DNA of 64,000 nt. Source: Candidatus Multivoradales bacterium. Lineage in GTDB: Bacteria > Acidobacteriota > Thermoanaerobaculia > Multivoradales > JAHEKO01. Positions 38,025-47,417 of the stretch are shown piece after piece. The notes under the pieces were generated by a model. That model had not been told where the DNA came from and did no database searches. It worked only from the letters and a program-made list of their open reading frames with translations. The translations under genes were made by a program, and so were the position numbers. The stretch spans positions 3,040,001 through 3,104,000 of the forward strand of contig CBDCXM010000009.1 of assembly GCA_965223855.1 (NCBI GenBank). The letters are read 5' to 3'. Each line of letters opens with the position of its first letter. The first letter of the stretch is position 1.

Positions 38025-38504
38025 GTGAGCTGGGTCTTCGGGCTCGGCATCCTGATCCTCGTCGTCGGCGTAGCTGGCACCGTCCTGCCGGTCCTTCCCG
38101 GACCGCCGTTCGTCTTCCTCGGCATGCTGATCGCGGCGTGGGCCGACGGGTTCGCGCGGATCGGCTGGCCCACCCTCGCAGTGCTGGGCCTCCTCACCCT
38201 CGCTACCGTCGCGATCGATCTGCTTTCGGCGGCCTGGGGCAGTCAACGCGCTCAGGCGAGCCGCCAGGCGTTCTTCGGCGCCGCGATCGGCTCGATCGTC
38301 GGGCTCTTCTTCGGCATCCCCGGCCTGATCCTCGGCCCCTTCATCGGGGCGGTCGCCGGCGAGTACGTCGCCCATCGGGAACTGCGTCGCGCCGGCAAGG
38401 TCGGCCTCGCCGCCTGGCTCGGCATGCTCGTAGGGGGCGCCGCTCGCGTCGCCATCGTGATGGCGATGCTCGCCGTGTTCGTCGTCTCCTACCTCTGGAT
38501 CTAG
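38025..38504 (+). CDS. DUF456 family membrane protein
   Basis: GTVLPVLPG and GLILGPFIGAVAGEY motifs. Confidence 0.85.
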   Translation: MSWVFGLGILILVVGVAGTVLPVLPGPPFVFLGMLIAAWADGFARIGWPTLAVLGLLTLATVAIDLLSAAWGSQRAQASRQAFFGAAIGSIVGLFFGIPGLILGPFIGAVAGEYVAHRELRRAGKVGLAAWLGMLVGGAARVAIVMAMLAVFVVSYLWI

Positions 38505-38512
38505 TCCGAACT

Positions 38513-39184
38513 TCAGGGGCTGCCGGTGTCGGCCGCTCCCGCAGGCATCGGGCAGCTGACCCCCGTGCCCCCGAGACCACAGTAGCCACCCGGATTCTTG
38601 TGGAGGTACTGCTGGTGGTACTCCTCGGCGAAGTAGAAGTCCCGCGCCGGCGCGATCTCCGTCGTCACCTCACCGAAGCCGCTCTCCGCGAGCTTCGCGG
38701 CGTAGCGGTCGCGGGACGCGCGGACGGTCCCCTCCTGAGCCGGCTCGGTGAAGTAGACCGCCGAGCGGTATTGGGTCCCACGGTCGTTACCCTGACGCAT
38801 CCCCTGCGTCGGATCATGCCCCTCCCAGAACGCAGAGAGCACGGTCTCGAGCGGTAGACGCTCCGGGAAGAACACGACACGCACCACCTCGGTATGACCG
38901 GTCGCTCCCGTGCACACCTCTTCGTAGGTCGGATTCGGTGTCAGGCCTCCCGCGTATCCGACCGCGGTGGTGTGGACTCCCTCGAGCCGCCAGAACAGCC
39001 GCTCGGCCCCCCAGAAGCACCCCAGCCCGAGCCAGATCTCCTCGCTTCCCTCGGGGTAGGGAGGGACGAGCGTCGTTCCCAACACCGGGTGGACGGCTTG
39101 CGGGACGAGCGGCGTGTCGCGCCCGGGAAGAGCCGAGCCCAGATCCGGGAGCTGCTGCGTGTCGAGCTTCCACCATGCGGTCAT
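38513..39184 (-). CDS. msrA: peptide-methionine (S)-S-oxide reductase
   Basis: [13 protein letters not shown] and AEEYHQQYL motifs. Confidence 0.97.
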   Translation of the reverse strand: MTAWWKLDTQQLPDLGSALPGRDTPLVPQAVHPVLGTTLVPPYPEGSEEIWLGLGCFWGAERLFWRLEGVHTTAVGYAGGLTPNPTYEEVCTGATGHTEVVRVVFFPERLPLETVLSAFWEGHDPTQGMRQGNDRGTQYRSAVYFTEPAQEGTVRASRDRYAAKLAESGFGEVTTEIAPARDFYFAEEYHQQYLHKNPGGYCGLGGTGVSCPMPAGAADTGSP

Positions 39185-39387
39185 CGTTCCGATCTCCTTC
39201 GTCCATACGGGTGAGTGGCCCGTTTCTGAATCCTATGGGATGGCCACGGGCTCCCGGGGGCGGGGCCTGCGCCCCTGAGTACTCCCTGATAGGGTCTCGC
39301 GCGCCCTCGGGGAGCGTGCGGCCTGCGAAAGGCCCGAGCACCATCCCTCGGACGCGATACGGCCACCCCTGGCGAAGACCCGGTCTC

Positions 39388-40140
39388 ATGGAACCTTCCT
39401 CAGCCTCGCAGCCACTGTCCGCATGGCTGTTCCGCTGGAGGAGCCTGCTGCCGCTCGGGGCCGTTTCACTGCTGGCATTCGGCGCCGCATCCGGTCGCGC
39501 CTCCGCCGACACCCTGGAGATACGGATCGCCGTCGTCGTTGGATGCCTACTGGCCGCCCTCGGGCTCGCGGTGCGGCTCTACACAGTCGGCTTCGCCCCC
39601 GAGGGAACTTCGGGGCGGCATCGTCGCCAGCACGCCTCGCAGCTCAACACCTTCGGCATCTATTCCGCGGTGAGGCACCCTCTCTACCTGGGCAATCTCC
39701 TCGTCTGGGCCGGAGTCTCACTGACCTCCGGCTGGTGGCTCGGCACCGCCGCGAGTCTGCTTCTCGGAGCGATCCTCTTCGTTGCCATCCTCCGGCACGA
39801 GGACCGCTTCCTGCGCGACAGCTTCGGCGCTGTCTGGGAGGAGTGGGCCGCCGCCACGCCGGCGCTCGTGCCCCGGCTCTCGCTGTGGCGTACGGCCCGC
39901 AGGCCGTGGGACCTCCTCAAGGCCGTCCACTCCGAGTACTCCACACTCCACTCGATCGTGCTGCTGGTGACGCTCTTTTCGATGCTGCGCCGGTGGTCGT
40001 GGGAGGGGTTGCCCCCCTCAACGACCCAGTGGCTCGTCGTCGGCGTCAACTTCGCCGTCTACGCGACCCTGCGTCGATTGCGACGGCGCAGCCGCGAGGC
40101 CCGGTTGCCCCGCGCGACGCATCGGAACGCCGGCCGCTAG
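39388..40140 (+). CDS. membrane methyltransferase (ICMT/PEMT family)
   Basis: GIYSAVRHPLYLG and E-D-x-F-L-x-x-x-FG motifs. Confidence 0.82.
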   Translation: MEPSSASQPLSAWLFRWRSLLPLGAVSLLAFGAASGRASADTLEIRIAVVVGCLLAALGLAVRLYTVGFAPEGTSGRHRRQHASQLNTFGIYSAVRHPLYLGNLLVWAGVSLTSGWWLGTAASLLLGAILFVAILRHEDRFLRDSFGAVWEEWAAATPALVPRLSLWRTARRPWDLLKAVHSEYSTLHSIVLLVTLFSMLRRWSWEGLPPSTTQWLVVGVNFAVYATLRRLRRRSREARLPRATHRNAGR

Positions 40141-40544
40141 CGCGACGCGGCCAGCGCCTGGAGCAGGTTCCTGCCCTCGGTGCCGAGGTCCGAGAACTCG
40201 AAGAGCACGGAGTAGAGGCCGTCCGGGCGGACCTGCACGTGCAGGACTTCGCCCGATCCTTCGATGAGCCTCGACTCGACGGCCATCTCCAGGCGCAGCT
40301 TGTCGCCTGTGTGAAGCGGGCAGTCGGTCTCGAACAGAAGGCCCGAAGCGAGCACCTCCATCGTGCGGCCGAGCCAGGAACGGTTCTCGACGATCAGCTC
40401 GTCCGCGAGGGTTCGCGAGAGGCAGACCAGATAGTTGAGTTCTCCCGCGACCGGCTCGAGATCGACGAACCGCCGATCTGTGAGGTGTTCGGTCTCGGTT
40501 TCGGTGATGCGGGTCTCGGAGAACAGCGACGCGAGTAAGGACAT
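40137..40544 (-). CDS. PilZ-like domain protein
   Basis: DRRFV, TMEVLASGLLF and GEVLHV...LFEF pattern. Confidence 0.6.
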   Translation of the reverse strand: MSLLASLFSETRITETETEHLTDRRFVDLEPVAGELNYLVCLSRTLADELIVENRSWLGRTMEVLASGLLFETDCPLHTGDKLRLEMAVESRLIEGSGEVLHVQVRPDGLYSVLFEFSDLGTEGRNLLQALAASR

Positions 40545-40559
40545 GAGGTTCCTCCTTGT

Positions 40560-41180
40560 TCAGTCCTGGTCGAGACGGACGACCGCGGGTTCCAACGCGG
40601 TCATCGCCTCCCGAACCAACGTCCCGAGAGAGGGGCTTCGCGGTGAGCGATGCCACCGTCTCAGTGCGGCCATCAGGCAGGCGGTCACGGCGGCCGCCAA
40701 TACCTCGGCCCGCCAGGGGCGCGAGGCCCCCGGTGCCAGCCGCCGAGTGAAGACTTTGGCCAGTCGAGTCTCGGCGGCGTGGAATCGGTGAACGAGCTGG
40801 CCCAGCAGGGCCGGCTCGGTCAAAGCATGGGGGAGGCGGGGGAGCAGCTCTTCGCTCCTCGCCTCGATCGCCTCGGCGAAAGCCTCGAACGCCTGGGCCA
40901 GCACGGTCGGCAGGTCCCCCTCGAGGCGGGCGCGGCTCAGGACCGCCTCGAAGGCGGGGAAGCCGTGGAAGAACGCGTCTTCCTTGGCGGGGAAGTAGCG
41001 GTAGAAGGTCCGCGGTGACACCAGAGCCCTGGCTGCGATCTCGTCGACCAGCGTGTCGCCGTAGCCCTTGTGCTGAATCAGATCGAGAGCTGCACGGGCG
41101 ATCTCGTCACGAGTGCGCTCACGACGAAGGCTCCGGAGGGAGGGCGTCGCGGGAGCTGTCTGGGCGGATCCGGTCGGCAT
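40560..41180 (-). CDS. TetR family transcriptional regulator
   Basis: HTH TLVDEIAARALVSPRTFYRYFPAKED. Confidence 0.92.
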   Translation of the reverse strand: MPTGSAQTAPATPSLRSLRRERTRDEIARAALDLIQHKGYGDTLVDEIAARALVSPRTFYRYFPAKEDAFFHGFPAFEAVLSRARLEGDLPTVLAQAFEAFAEAIEARSEELLPRLPHALTEPALLGQLVHRFHAAETRLAKVFTRRLAPGASRPWRAEVLAAAVTACLMAALRRWHRSPRSPSLGTLVREAMTALEPAVVRLDQD

Positions 41181-41235
41181 GTGACTTAGCTCGAAGAGGC
41201 CTAACTTCGATGGATAAACGCACAATACGCACAAA

Positions 41236-41250
41236 TGACAGTCTCTGTCA
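41236..41250. promoter_or_regulatory. palindromic putative TetR operator
   Basis: TGACAG-TCT-CTGTCA, about 55 bp upstream of the tetR start in an AT-richer spacer. Confidence 0.6.
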
Positions 41251-41418
41251 AGTCGACAGGGAACGTCATTTGGACAGGCCTTGTCTCCACAGTGACGCCC
41301 TTGCCTCCGGAGGGAGGCGGGCGGTAGGTTCACGACCGCCGGAGACGGGGTGCGGCGGCGAGAGCCGCCGGCGCCAGCCGGCACCCTCCCCGAGAACCGA
41401 CCACCCCGGAGCTCCAAG

Positions 41419-42480
41419 ATGCAGATGGGAATTCTCGGCCTGCCGAAGGCGGGCAAGACAACGCTCTTCAATCTCCTGACGGCCTCGAGTGAGACGACCG
41501 ACAAGTTCGCTCGCTCGAAGGACGCCAACGTCGGCGTCGCCAAGGTGCCCGACCGACGACTGGAACAGCTTCGCGATCTCTTCCAGCCGAAGCGCTACGT
41601 TCCGGCGACGGTGCAGTTCGTCGACATCCCCGGTGTGGAGCGAGGGCAGGGAAGCGCCAACCTCGATCTGGTCAAGCTCAGGGAGGTCGACGCCCTGGTG
41701 CATGTCGTGCGAGCCTTCGACGACCCGGAGATCCCCCATCCGGACGGGTCGGTCGATCCCGTCCGCGACCTCGAGAGCCTCGACCTCGAGCTCGTGTTCG
41801 CCGACCTCGAGTTGATCGAGAGGCGACTCGAGAAACTGACCGCCGCCCAGAAGCGAGGCCTCAAACCGCACGAGGTCAGAGAGCGGGAGCTGCTGGAGGG
41901 CACCCTGCTCCCTGCGCTGGAGTCCGAGACACCGTTGCGGGAGGTCGAGCTCGACGACGACCAGGAGAAGCTCCTGCGCGGCTTCCAGCTGCTCTCCGCG
42001 AAGCCGTTGCTGGTGGCGGTGAATCTCGACGAGGATGCGCTCGGCGGCGGCAGCGAGGAGACGCTCTCCGGCATGCCGGCATCGGCGATCGCCACCAGTC
42101 TGCCGATCGAGGAGGAGATTTCCCGTCTGCCGAACGAAGAGGCGGAGGAGTTCCTCGCCGACCTCGGCCTCGAAGAGCCGAGCGTCGACCGGATCATCCG
42201 TGCCAGCTACGAGCTGCTCGGCCGGATTTCATTCTTCACGGTAGGAGAGGACGAGGTCAGGGCCTGGACCATCCGCGACCACACGGCGGCACGCGAGGCC
42301 GCGGGTGCGATCCACTCCGACATCGAGCGCGGCTTCATCCGTGCCGAGGTCGTGGCCTGGGACCGGCTCCTCGAACGCGGCAGCCTCGCCGCCTGCAGGG
42401 AGCAGGGGGAGCTTCGCCTCGAAGGGAAGGACTATCCCGTTTCCGACGGCGAAGTGGTGCATTTCCGCTTCAACGTGTAG
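41419..42480 (+). CDS. ychF: redox-regulated ATPase YchF
   Basis: GLPKAGKTTLFN, FVDIPG, FFTVGEDEVRAW and IHSDIERGFIRAE motifs. Confidence 0.95.
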   Translation: MQMGILGLPKAGKTTLFNLLTASSETTDKFARSKDANVGVAKVPDRRLEQLRDLFQPKRYVPATVQFVDIPGVERGQGSANLDLVKLREVDALVHVVRAFDDPEIPHPDGSVDPVRDLESLDLELVFADLELIERRLEKLTAAQKRGLKPHEVRERELLEGTLLPALESETPLREVELDDDQEKLLRGFQLLSAKPLLVAVNLDEDALGGGSEETLSGMPASAIATSLPIEEEISRLPNEEAEEFLADLGLEEPSVDRIIRASYELLGRISFFTVGEDEVRAWTIRDHTAAREAAGAIHSDIERGFIRAEVVAWDRLLERGSLAACREQGELRLEGKDYPVSDGEVVHFRFNV

Positions 42481-42555
42481 CGGTCCGCCTCGCGCTCCTC
42501 AGCCTCCCTCAGACCTCCGGGGGAGGGCGGCGGTTGAGGTAAGGTTGGCGGTCCG

Positions 42556-43908
42556 ATGACCGAGCCTCTGGCCGCACAGAAGAGCCTCCCTCACAGCGAG
42601 GAATCGGAACGCGCCGTTCTCGCCGGAGTCCTGCTCGACCCGGGGAGGCTGCCGGCCGTCTCCGAGCGCCTGACCGCGGAGGATTTCTACTCCGATCGCC
42701 ATCGCCGGCTCTATCAGGTGATGCTCGATCTGCAGCACGCGAGCACGACGATCGACCTCAGGACCGTCCAGGCGAGCCTCGAACAGGCGGAGCTGCTCGA
42801 CGCCGTCGGCGGTGTCGCCTACCTCGCCAGCCTCGATCTCGACCTGCCCGACCTCGCCCGGCTCGATACCTATGTCGAGCTGATCAAGGAGCGCTCGGTC
42901 CGCCGCCGGCTGATCGCCGCCTGCGGTGAGATCACCCGGCTCTCGTTCGACGGCGGCGTCGAGGCGGCCGAGGCACTCGACCAGGCGGAGCGCGTCGTGC
43001 TCGAACTGGGGGAGGAGGCGATCCGCCGCGGCTTCGTGCCGCTGGGCGAAGTCTTCACCTCGACCCTCGCCGAGCTCGAGGACAAGCCGGAGCGGATCCT
43101 CGCCGGCGTACCGACCGGCTACACCGACCTCGACCGCATCACTCTCGGCTTCCACCCCGGCAATCTCGTCATCCTCGCTGCCCGGCCCGGGATGGGTAAA
43201 ACCAGCCTCGCACTCAACATCGCCCAGCACGTCGCCTTCCGCGAGGGCCGCTCGGTCGGTGTCTTCTCGCTCGAGATGAGCCGCGAAGAGCTGACCCTGC
43301 GCATCCTGTCGGCCGAGGCCAACGTCGAGTTCCACCGCCTGCGCTCGGGCCACCTGTCGCAGAACCACTGGAGCCGCATCCTCCGCACGGTCAAGACCAT
43401 GTCGGACAAGCAGCTTTTCATCGACGACACCGCAAACCCGAGCCTGCTCGAGGTCGCATCCAAGACCCGCCGTCTCAAGGCGGAGCGCGGCCTCGACCTG
43501 CTGGTGATCGACTACCTCCAACTGATGGAGGCGGGCGGCCGCTACGAGAACCGCAACCTCGAGATCGCGGCGATCACGAGGCACTTCAAGCAGCTCGCCA
43601 AGGAACTCGACCTGCCGATCCTCTGCCTGTCGCAGCTCTCCCGCCGTCCCGAGCAGCGGGGCAAGGACCATCGCCCGCAGCTCTCGGATCTGCGTGAGTC
43701 AGGGTCGATCGAGCAGGACGCCGACCTCGTGATGTTCATCTACCGCGACGACATGTACAACGAGAACAGTGAGTTTCCCGGCGAAGCCGAGCTGATTCTC
43801 GGCAAGCATCGCAACGGCCAGACGGGCACGGTGAGACTCGTCTTCCTCGGCGAGATGACGAAGTTCCTCAACCTGTCGCGCGACCAGCCGCCGCCTGAAG
43901 CGTTCTGA
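42556..43908 (+). CDS. dnaB: replicative DNA helicase
   Basis: AARPGMGKT, IDYLQL and SDLRESGSIEQDAD motifs; no intein seen. Confidence 0.98.
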   Translation: MTEPLAAQKSLPHSEESERAVLAGVLLDPGRLPAVSERLTAEDFYSDRHRRLYQVMLDLQHASTTIDLRTVQASLEQAELLDAVGGVAYLASLDLDLPDLARLDTYVELIKERSVRRRLIAACGEITRLSFDGGVEAAEALDQAERVVLELGEEAIRRGFVPLGEVFTSTLAELEDKPERILAGVPTGYTDLDRITLGFHPGNLVILAARPGMGKTSLALNIAQHVAFREGRSVGVFSLEMSREELTLRILSAEANVEFHRLRSGHLSQNHWSRILRTVKTMSDKQLFIDDTANPSLLEVASKTRRLKAERGLDLLVIDYLQLMEAGGRYENRNLEIAAITRHFKQLAKELDLPILCLSQLSRRPEQRGKDHRPQLSDLRESGSIEQDADLVMFIYRDDMYNENSEFPGEAELILGKHRNGQTGTVRLVFLGEMTKFLNLSRDQPPPEAF

Positions 43909-44344
43909 TCGGACCTGCTCGGGAAAGGCTCCCTGCTGCGAGTTCCTCCAGCTCCATCAGAATGGAGTTACGCCAGGGCGGAGAAGACTTCAGGTAGGCA
44001 GGAGGCCTGCGGTGCTCGACTGCGAAGCCCGGGGTCGGGGATCAGCGAAGGCCGGGCTGAAGGACCTCTGGCCGTCCTGCCAGGCGAACGGCGAGCCGGC
44101 CTGTGCAAGTCTCGGCAGGCCGAAGCGCCGCCGTCGAGCTGGAGACGCACGGCGGGGCAGAAGTGAGTCGCGACGAGGTGCGACACCCGCATGCGGTCGT
44201 CCCTGTTGCCGCACCCGGAAGAGCGGCCTCTCGCGAAGGCTGCACCGTCGCCCGCCGGGAGCACGAGCCGGCCGCCTGCGAGGAACTCGAGGAAAGGAGA
44301 CAACGGCGCCGGCCTGCGAGCGCCCGACGCCGTCCTCCCTCCGC

Positions 44345-45238
44345 TCAGAGCTGAGGATCGCTACCGGTGATCCGCTGGAACGCCTCGACGTAGCGGTTGA
44401 GCGTTCCGAGCACGACCTCGTCGGGAAGGCTGGGTGCCGGAGCCTCGTGGTCCCAGCCGGACTCGTCGAGCCAGTTGCGGACGAACTGCTTGTCGAGCGA
44501 CACCGGCTCGGTGCCCGGTGACCACTGGTCTTTCTCCCAGAAGCGCGACGAATCCGGGGTGAGCACTTCGTCGATGAGGATCAGCTCGTCGTCGATGACG
44601 CCGAACTCGAACTTGGTGTCGGCCAAAAGGATCCCCTTCTCGGCGGCCATGTCGGCGCCGCCCTCGTAGAGGTCGAGCGTCAACTGGCGCAGTTCGCGCG
44701 ACACCGCTTCGCCCGCCCCTTCGCACATGACGTCGAAGCTGACGTTCTCGTCGTGCCCCGTCTCCGCCTTGGTGGCCGGAGTGAAGATCGCCTGCGGCAG
44801 CTTGTCGGCGCGCACAAGGCCGGGCGGCAGCGGGATGCCGCAGACCTCGCCCGTCTCCGTGTACTCGCGAAAGCCGCTACCGGCCAGATAGCCGCGCGCC
44901 ACGCACTCGAACGGCACGACCTCCGCCTTGCGAACGATCACGGAGCGCCCGCGAAGCTGGTCCGCGTACGGATCCAGCTCGCGAGGGAAGTCCTCGACGT
45001 CGGTCGCGAGGAGATGATTGGACACACGGTCCGAGAAGTAGTCGAACCAGAAGTTCGTCAACTGGCTGAGGATCTTCCCTTTGCCCGGAATCCCCGGATG
45101 AAGCACGTGATCGTAGGCCGAGATCCGGTCGCAGGCGACGATGAGCAACTCGTCGCCGAGGTCGTAGATATCGCGTACCTTGCCGCGCTTCGGCTTGCCG
45201 AAGCCCTCGAGGTCCGTCTGCCACACCACATCGGTCAT
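44345..45238 (-). CDS. purC: phosphoribosylaminoimidazolesuccinocarboxamide synthase
   Basis: GKVRDIY, DRISAYD, ADTKFEFG and DEVLTPDSSRFW motifs. Confidence 0.97.
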   Translation of the reverse strand: MTDVVWQTDLEGFGKPKRGKVRDIYDLGDELLIVACDRISAYDHVLHPGIPGKGKILSQLTNFWFDYFSDRVSNHLLATDVEDFPRELDPYADQLRGRSVIVRKAEVVPFECVARGYLAGSGFREYTETGEVCGIPLPPGLVRADKLPQAIFTPATKAETGHDENVSFDVMCEGAGEAVSRELRQLTLDLYEGGADMAAEKGILLADTKFEFGVIDDELILIDEVLTPDSSRFWEKDQWSPGTEPVSLDKQFVRNWLDESGWDHEAPAPSLPDEVVLGTLNRYVEAFQRITGSDPQL

Positions 45239-47329
45239 TCAGACTGTCTCCCTGGTCTCTGAGATCGGTTCCTGGTCTGCACCGGGAGCTTCCGCCGGCG
45301 GAGTCTCCGCCCCGGCCTGCCGGAGAAACGTCTCCGAGCGGGCGATCGTGTCGAGCGCCGCCGTCAGGCGCGGCGACCTCAAGGTCATCATCGCCCCCAG
45401 CTCCCAGTCTGCGCCGTCAACAATCTCATAAATCGACGAAGATTCGATCCCCTTGAGATTGGGTGTCCCGAGCCTACGGATACCGACGGGCACGCGGCCG
45501 CCCGCCTCGTCGATCTCGAGCGCCACGTACTTGCGCGAGCCCTCGACCGCCAGGCGATAGGGGGCGAGCTGCCCCTCCGGATCGATCTCTGCGAGGAACC
45601 GATCGGTCGCGACGATCCCCTCGTTGATCAGCTCGCCGGTCTCATTGATGTAGGCGTAGAGGTCGCGATCCTCCTCCCCCCTGTCGACCAGATCGACCCG
45701 GCGCTCCAGCAAAGGCCGGAAGAACGTCTCCACCTCGTCGGCGCCGTAGCCGAGGGAAAGCAGCATCCGCTTGACCGTCTCGAGAGCGTGGCTCGCCTTG
45801 CCGGTGACGAGCCTCGAGAGCTCGATGATGCCGTGACCGAAGAACTCGTAGCGCCGCTCGGCGTCGCGCTTGCCCTCTTCGATCGGCAGCAGCCGGTACT
45901 GGCCATAGTTGAGCGCCATCCGGATTCCCCGGTCGAAGGGGAAGCGCTCGCGAATCGCCTTGCGGTAGAAGCGCTGGACGTGGATCGCCGTGACGAGCAG
46001 GCGTCTCGGGTCGCGCCCGGAGTAGAGGGCGCCGTCGCCGAGGTACTTCTCGAGCTTGAGGTGATGGAGTCGCGCCATCTGGTTGACCCGTCGCTGGAAG
46101 CGGAAGATCGACCGGTACGACTGGTCTTCGTCGCGGCGCCCGCTGTACTTGAGCAGCGACACGATCGACGAGAACTCCGCGATGTCGTAGATCAGGCCGA
46201 AGCGACGCACCAGCGGATCGACCACCCACGGCGTCAGGAACTCGAACGGGCGCGTGCTGTCCGACAGCGTGACCGTCCGCGAAAGGAGCCCTCCGCTGCG
46301 CGGATTCGGAGCCTGGCATACCAGCGTGTCGCCCTCCCGGCGCACAGGGATCACCAGCTTACGCAGCGACAGCAGCAGCTCGTACTCGCGGAGGCGCTCC
46401 ATGAGGCTCGCCCACAGGTCCCTCTCGCGCGGGTCGGGCAGGCGCTCGTGGTCGTAGCCGCGATGATCGGCCAGGAACGCGATGTATCCCGGACGCCGGA
46501 GCAGTTGATCGGGGTCCTCCATCGGGTCGAGACCGGTCATGTGGCGCGACAGCGATCTCAGCGACTTGTCGGCCTCGAGCATCGCGCGGTGCCAGTGGTG
46601 GAGGTAGTCGACCCGGCGCAGGAAGGTCTCGCCGTCGATGTCCAGGCAGCCGCGAAAGTACGCCTTGAGCTCGCTCAGGTCCGGGCTGATGTGATCCTCG
46701 GTGAGGATCAGCAGGTTGTCGCGCATCTTGTCGAGAATCGCCGGAAAGAGACCGCGCTGCTCTTCCTCGGTCTCGGTCGCCACCCGGTGCACCGTGTCGT
46801 AGGTCGTGGCGAGAACGTGGTCGAGATACTTCTCGAAGACCTGGTACTTGATCTGGTACCCGTGGCGCCGGCCCGCCTCGGCGTCCAGCCGACTGACGCG
46901 GCGCGGCAGCTCACGGAAGAGTCGCGACACGGCGATCGAGTGATAGAGCCAGAAGATGTCGGTGTAGCGGCGCCCGAAACTCGATCTCGTCGTGCTTTCG
47001 GTGATGCGGACGAGAAACTCGCGATAGGCGTGCCACGCCTTGTCGCGCTCGCGCACATCGACCGCTTCGGTGCCGAACATCGCCGTCTGTACCCGGGTCT
47101 CCTGATCCAGGTAGGTCTCGAGCACGTCCCGCAACTGCTCGCTCTTCTCGTCGGTCAGGATCGGGAACCCGACCAGCGGCGTCGCCTCCTCGTCCTCGAG
47201 GAAGATGCGCTGCGGCTCCGGCAGGACCTCGGTCGCGTCGGGCATCACCCGGCGCAGCTCTTCCTGACTACGCCGCAGGAAGGTCGAAGATCCCCCCACG
47301 TGGTCGAGGAACGAGAATAGGCTGGTCAC
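45239..47329 (-). CDS. large hypothetical protein with C-terminal class III nucleotidyl-cyclase-like domain
   Basis: LIYDIAEFS, EKYLGDG, IRMALNYG and FFGHGIIELSRL align with the cyclase motif order; start uncertain. Confidence 0.6.
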   Translation of the reverse strand: MTSLFSFLDHVGGSSTFLRRSQEELRRVMPDATEVLPEPQRIFLEDEEATPLVGFPILTDEKSEQLRDVLETYLDQETRVQTAMFGTEAVDVRERDKAWHAYREFLVRITESTTRSSFGRRYTDIFWLYHSIAVSRLFRELPRRVSRLDAEAGRRHGYQIKYQVFEKYLDHVLATTYDTVHRVATETEEEQRGLFPAILDKMRDNLLILTEDHISPDLSELKAYFRGCLDIDGETFLRRVDYLHHWHRAMLEADKSLRSLSRHMTGLDPMEDPDQLLRRPGYIAFLADHRGYDHERLPDPRERDLWASLMERLREYELLLSLRKLVIPVRREGDTLVCQAPNPRSGGLLSRTVTLSDSTRPFEFLTPWVVDPLVRRFGLIYDIAEFSSIVSLLKYSGRRDEDQSYRSIFRFQRRVNQMARLHHLKLEKYLGDGALYSGRDPRRLLVTAIHVQRFYRKAIRERFPFDRGIRMALNYGQYRLLPIEEGKRDAERRYEFFGHGIIELSRLVTGKASHALETVKRMLLSLGYGADEVETFFRPLLERRVDLVDRGEEDRDLYAYINETGELINEGIVATDRFLAEIDPEGQLAPYRLAVEGSRKYVALEIDEAGGRVPVGIRRLGTPNLKGIESSSIYEIVDGADWELGAMMTLRSPRLTAALDTIARSETFLRQAGAETPPAEAPGADQEPISETRETV

Positions 47330-47417
47330 GCGCTCACCGGCGATGCGCTCCGGACGGGCCCGCCGAAGCTGAGATCGGAGGCAGTCTATCCCGCAGCCGC
47401 TGCTAGACTCCCGCGCC

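Noticed and set aside
43909-44344. RNase P RNA, tmRNA or a known riboswitch
   Set aside because: I could not find GAGGAAAGTCC, tRNA-like ends or a convincing aptamer consensus on either strand.
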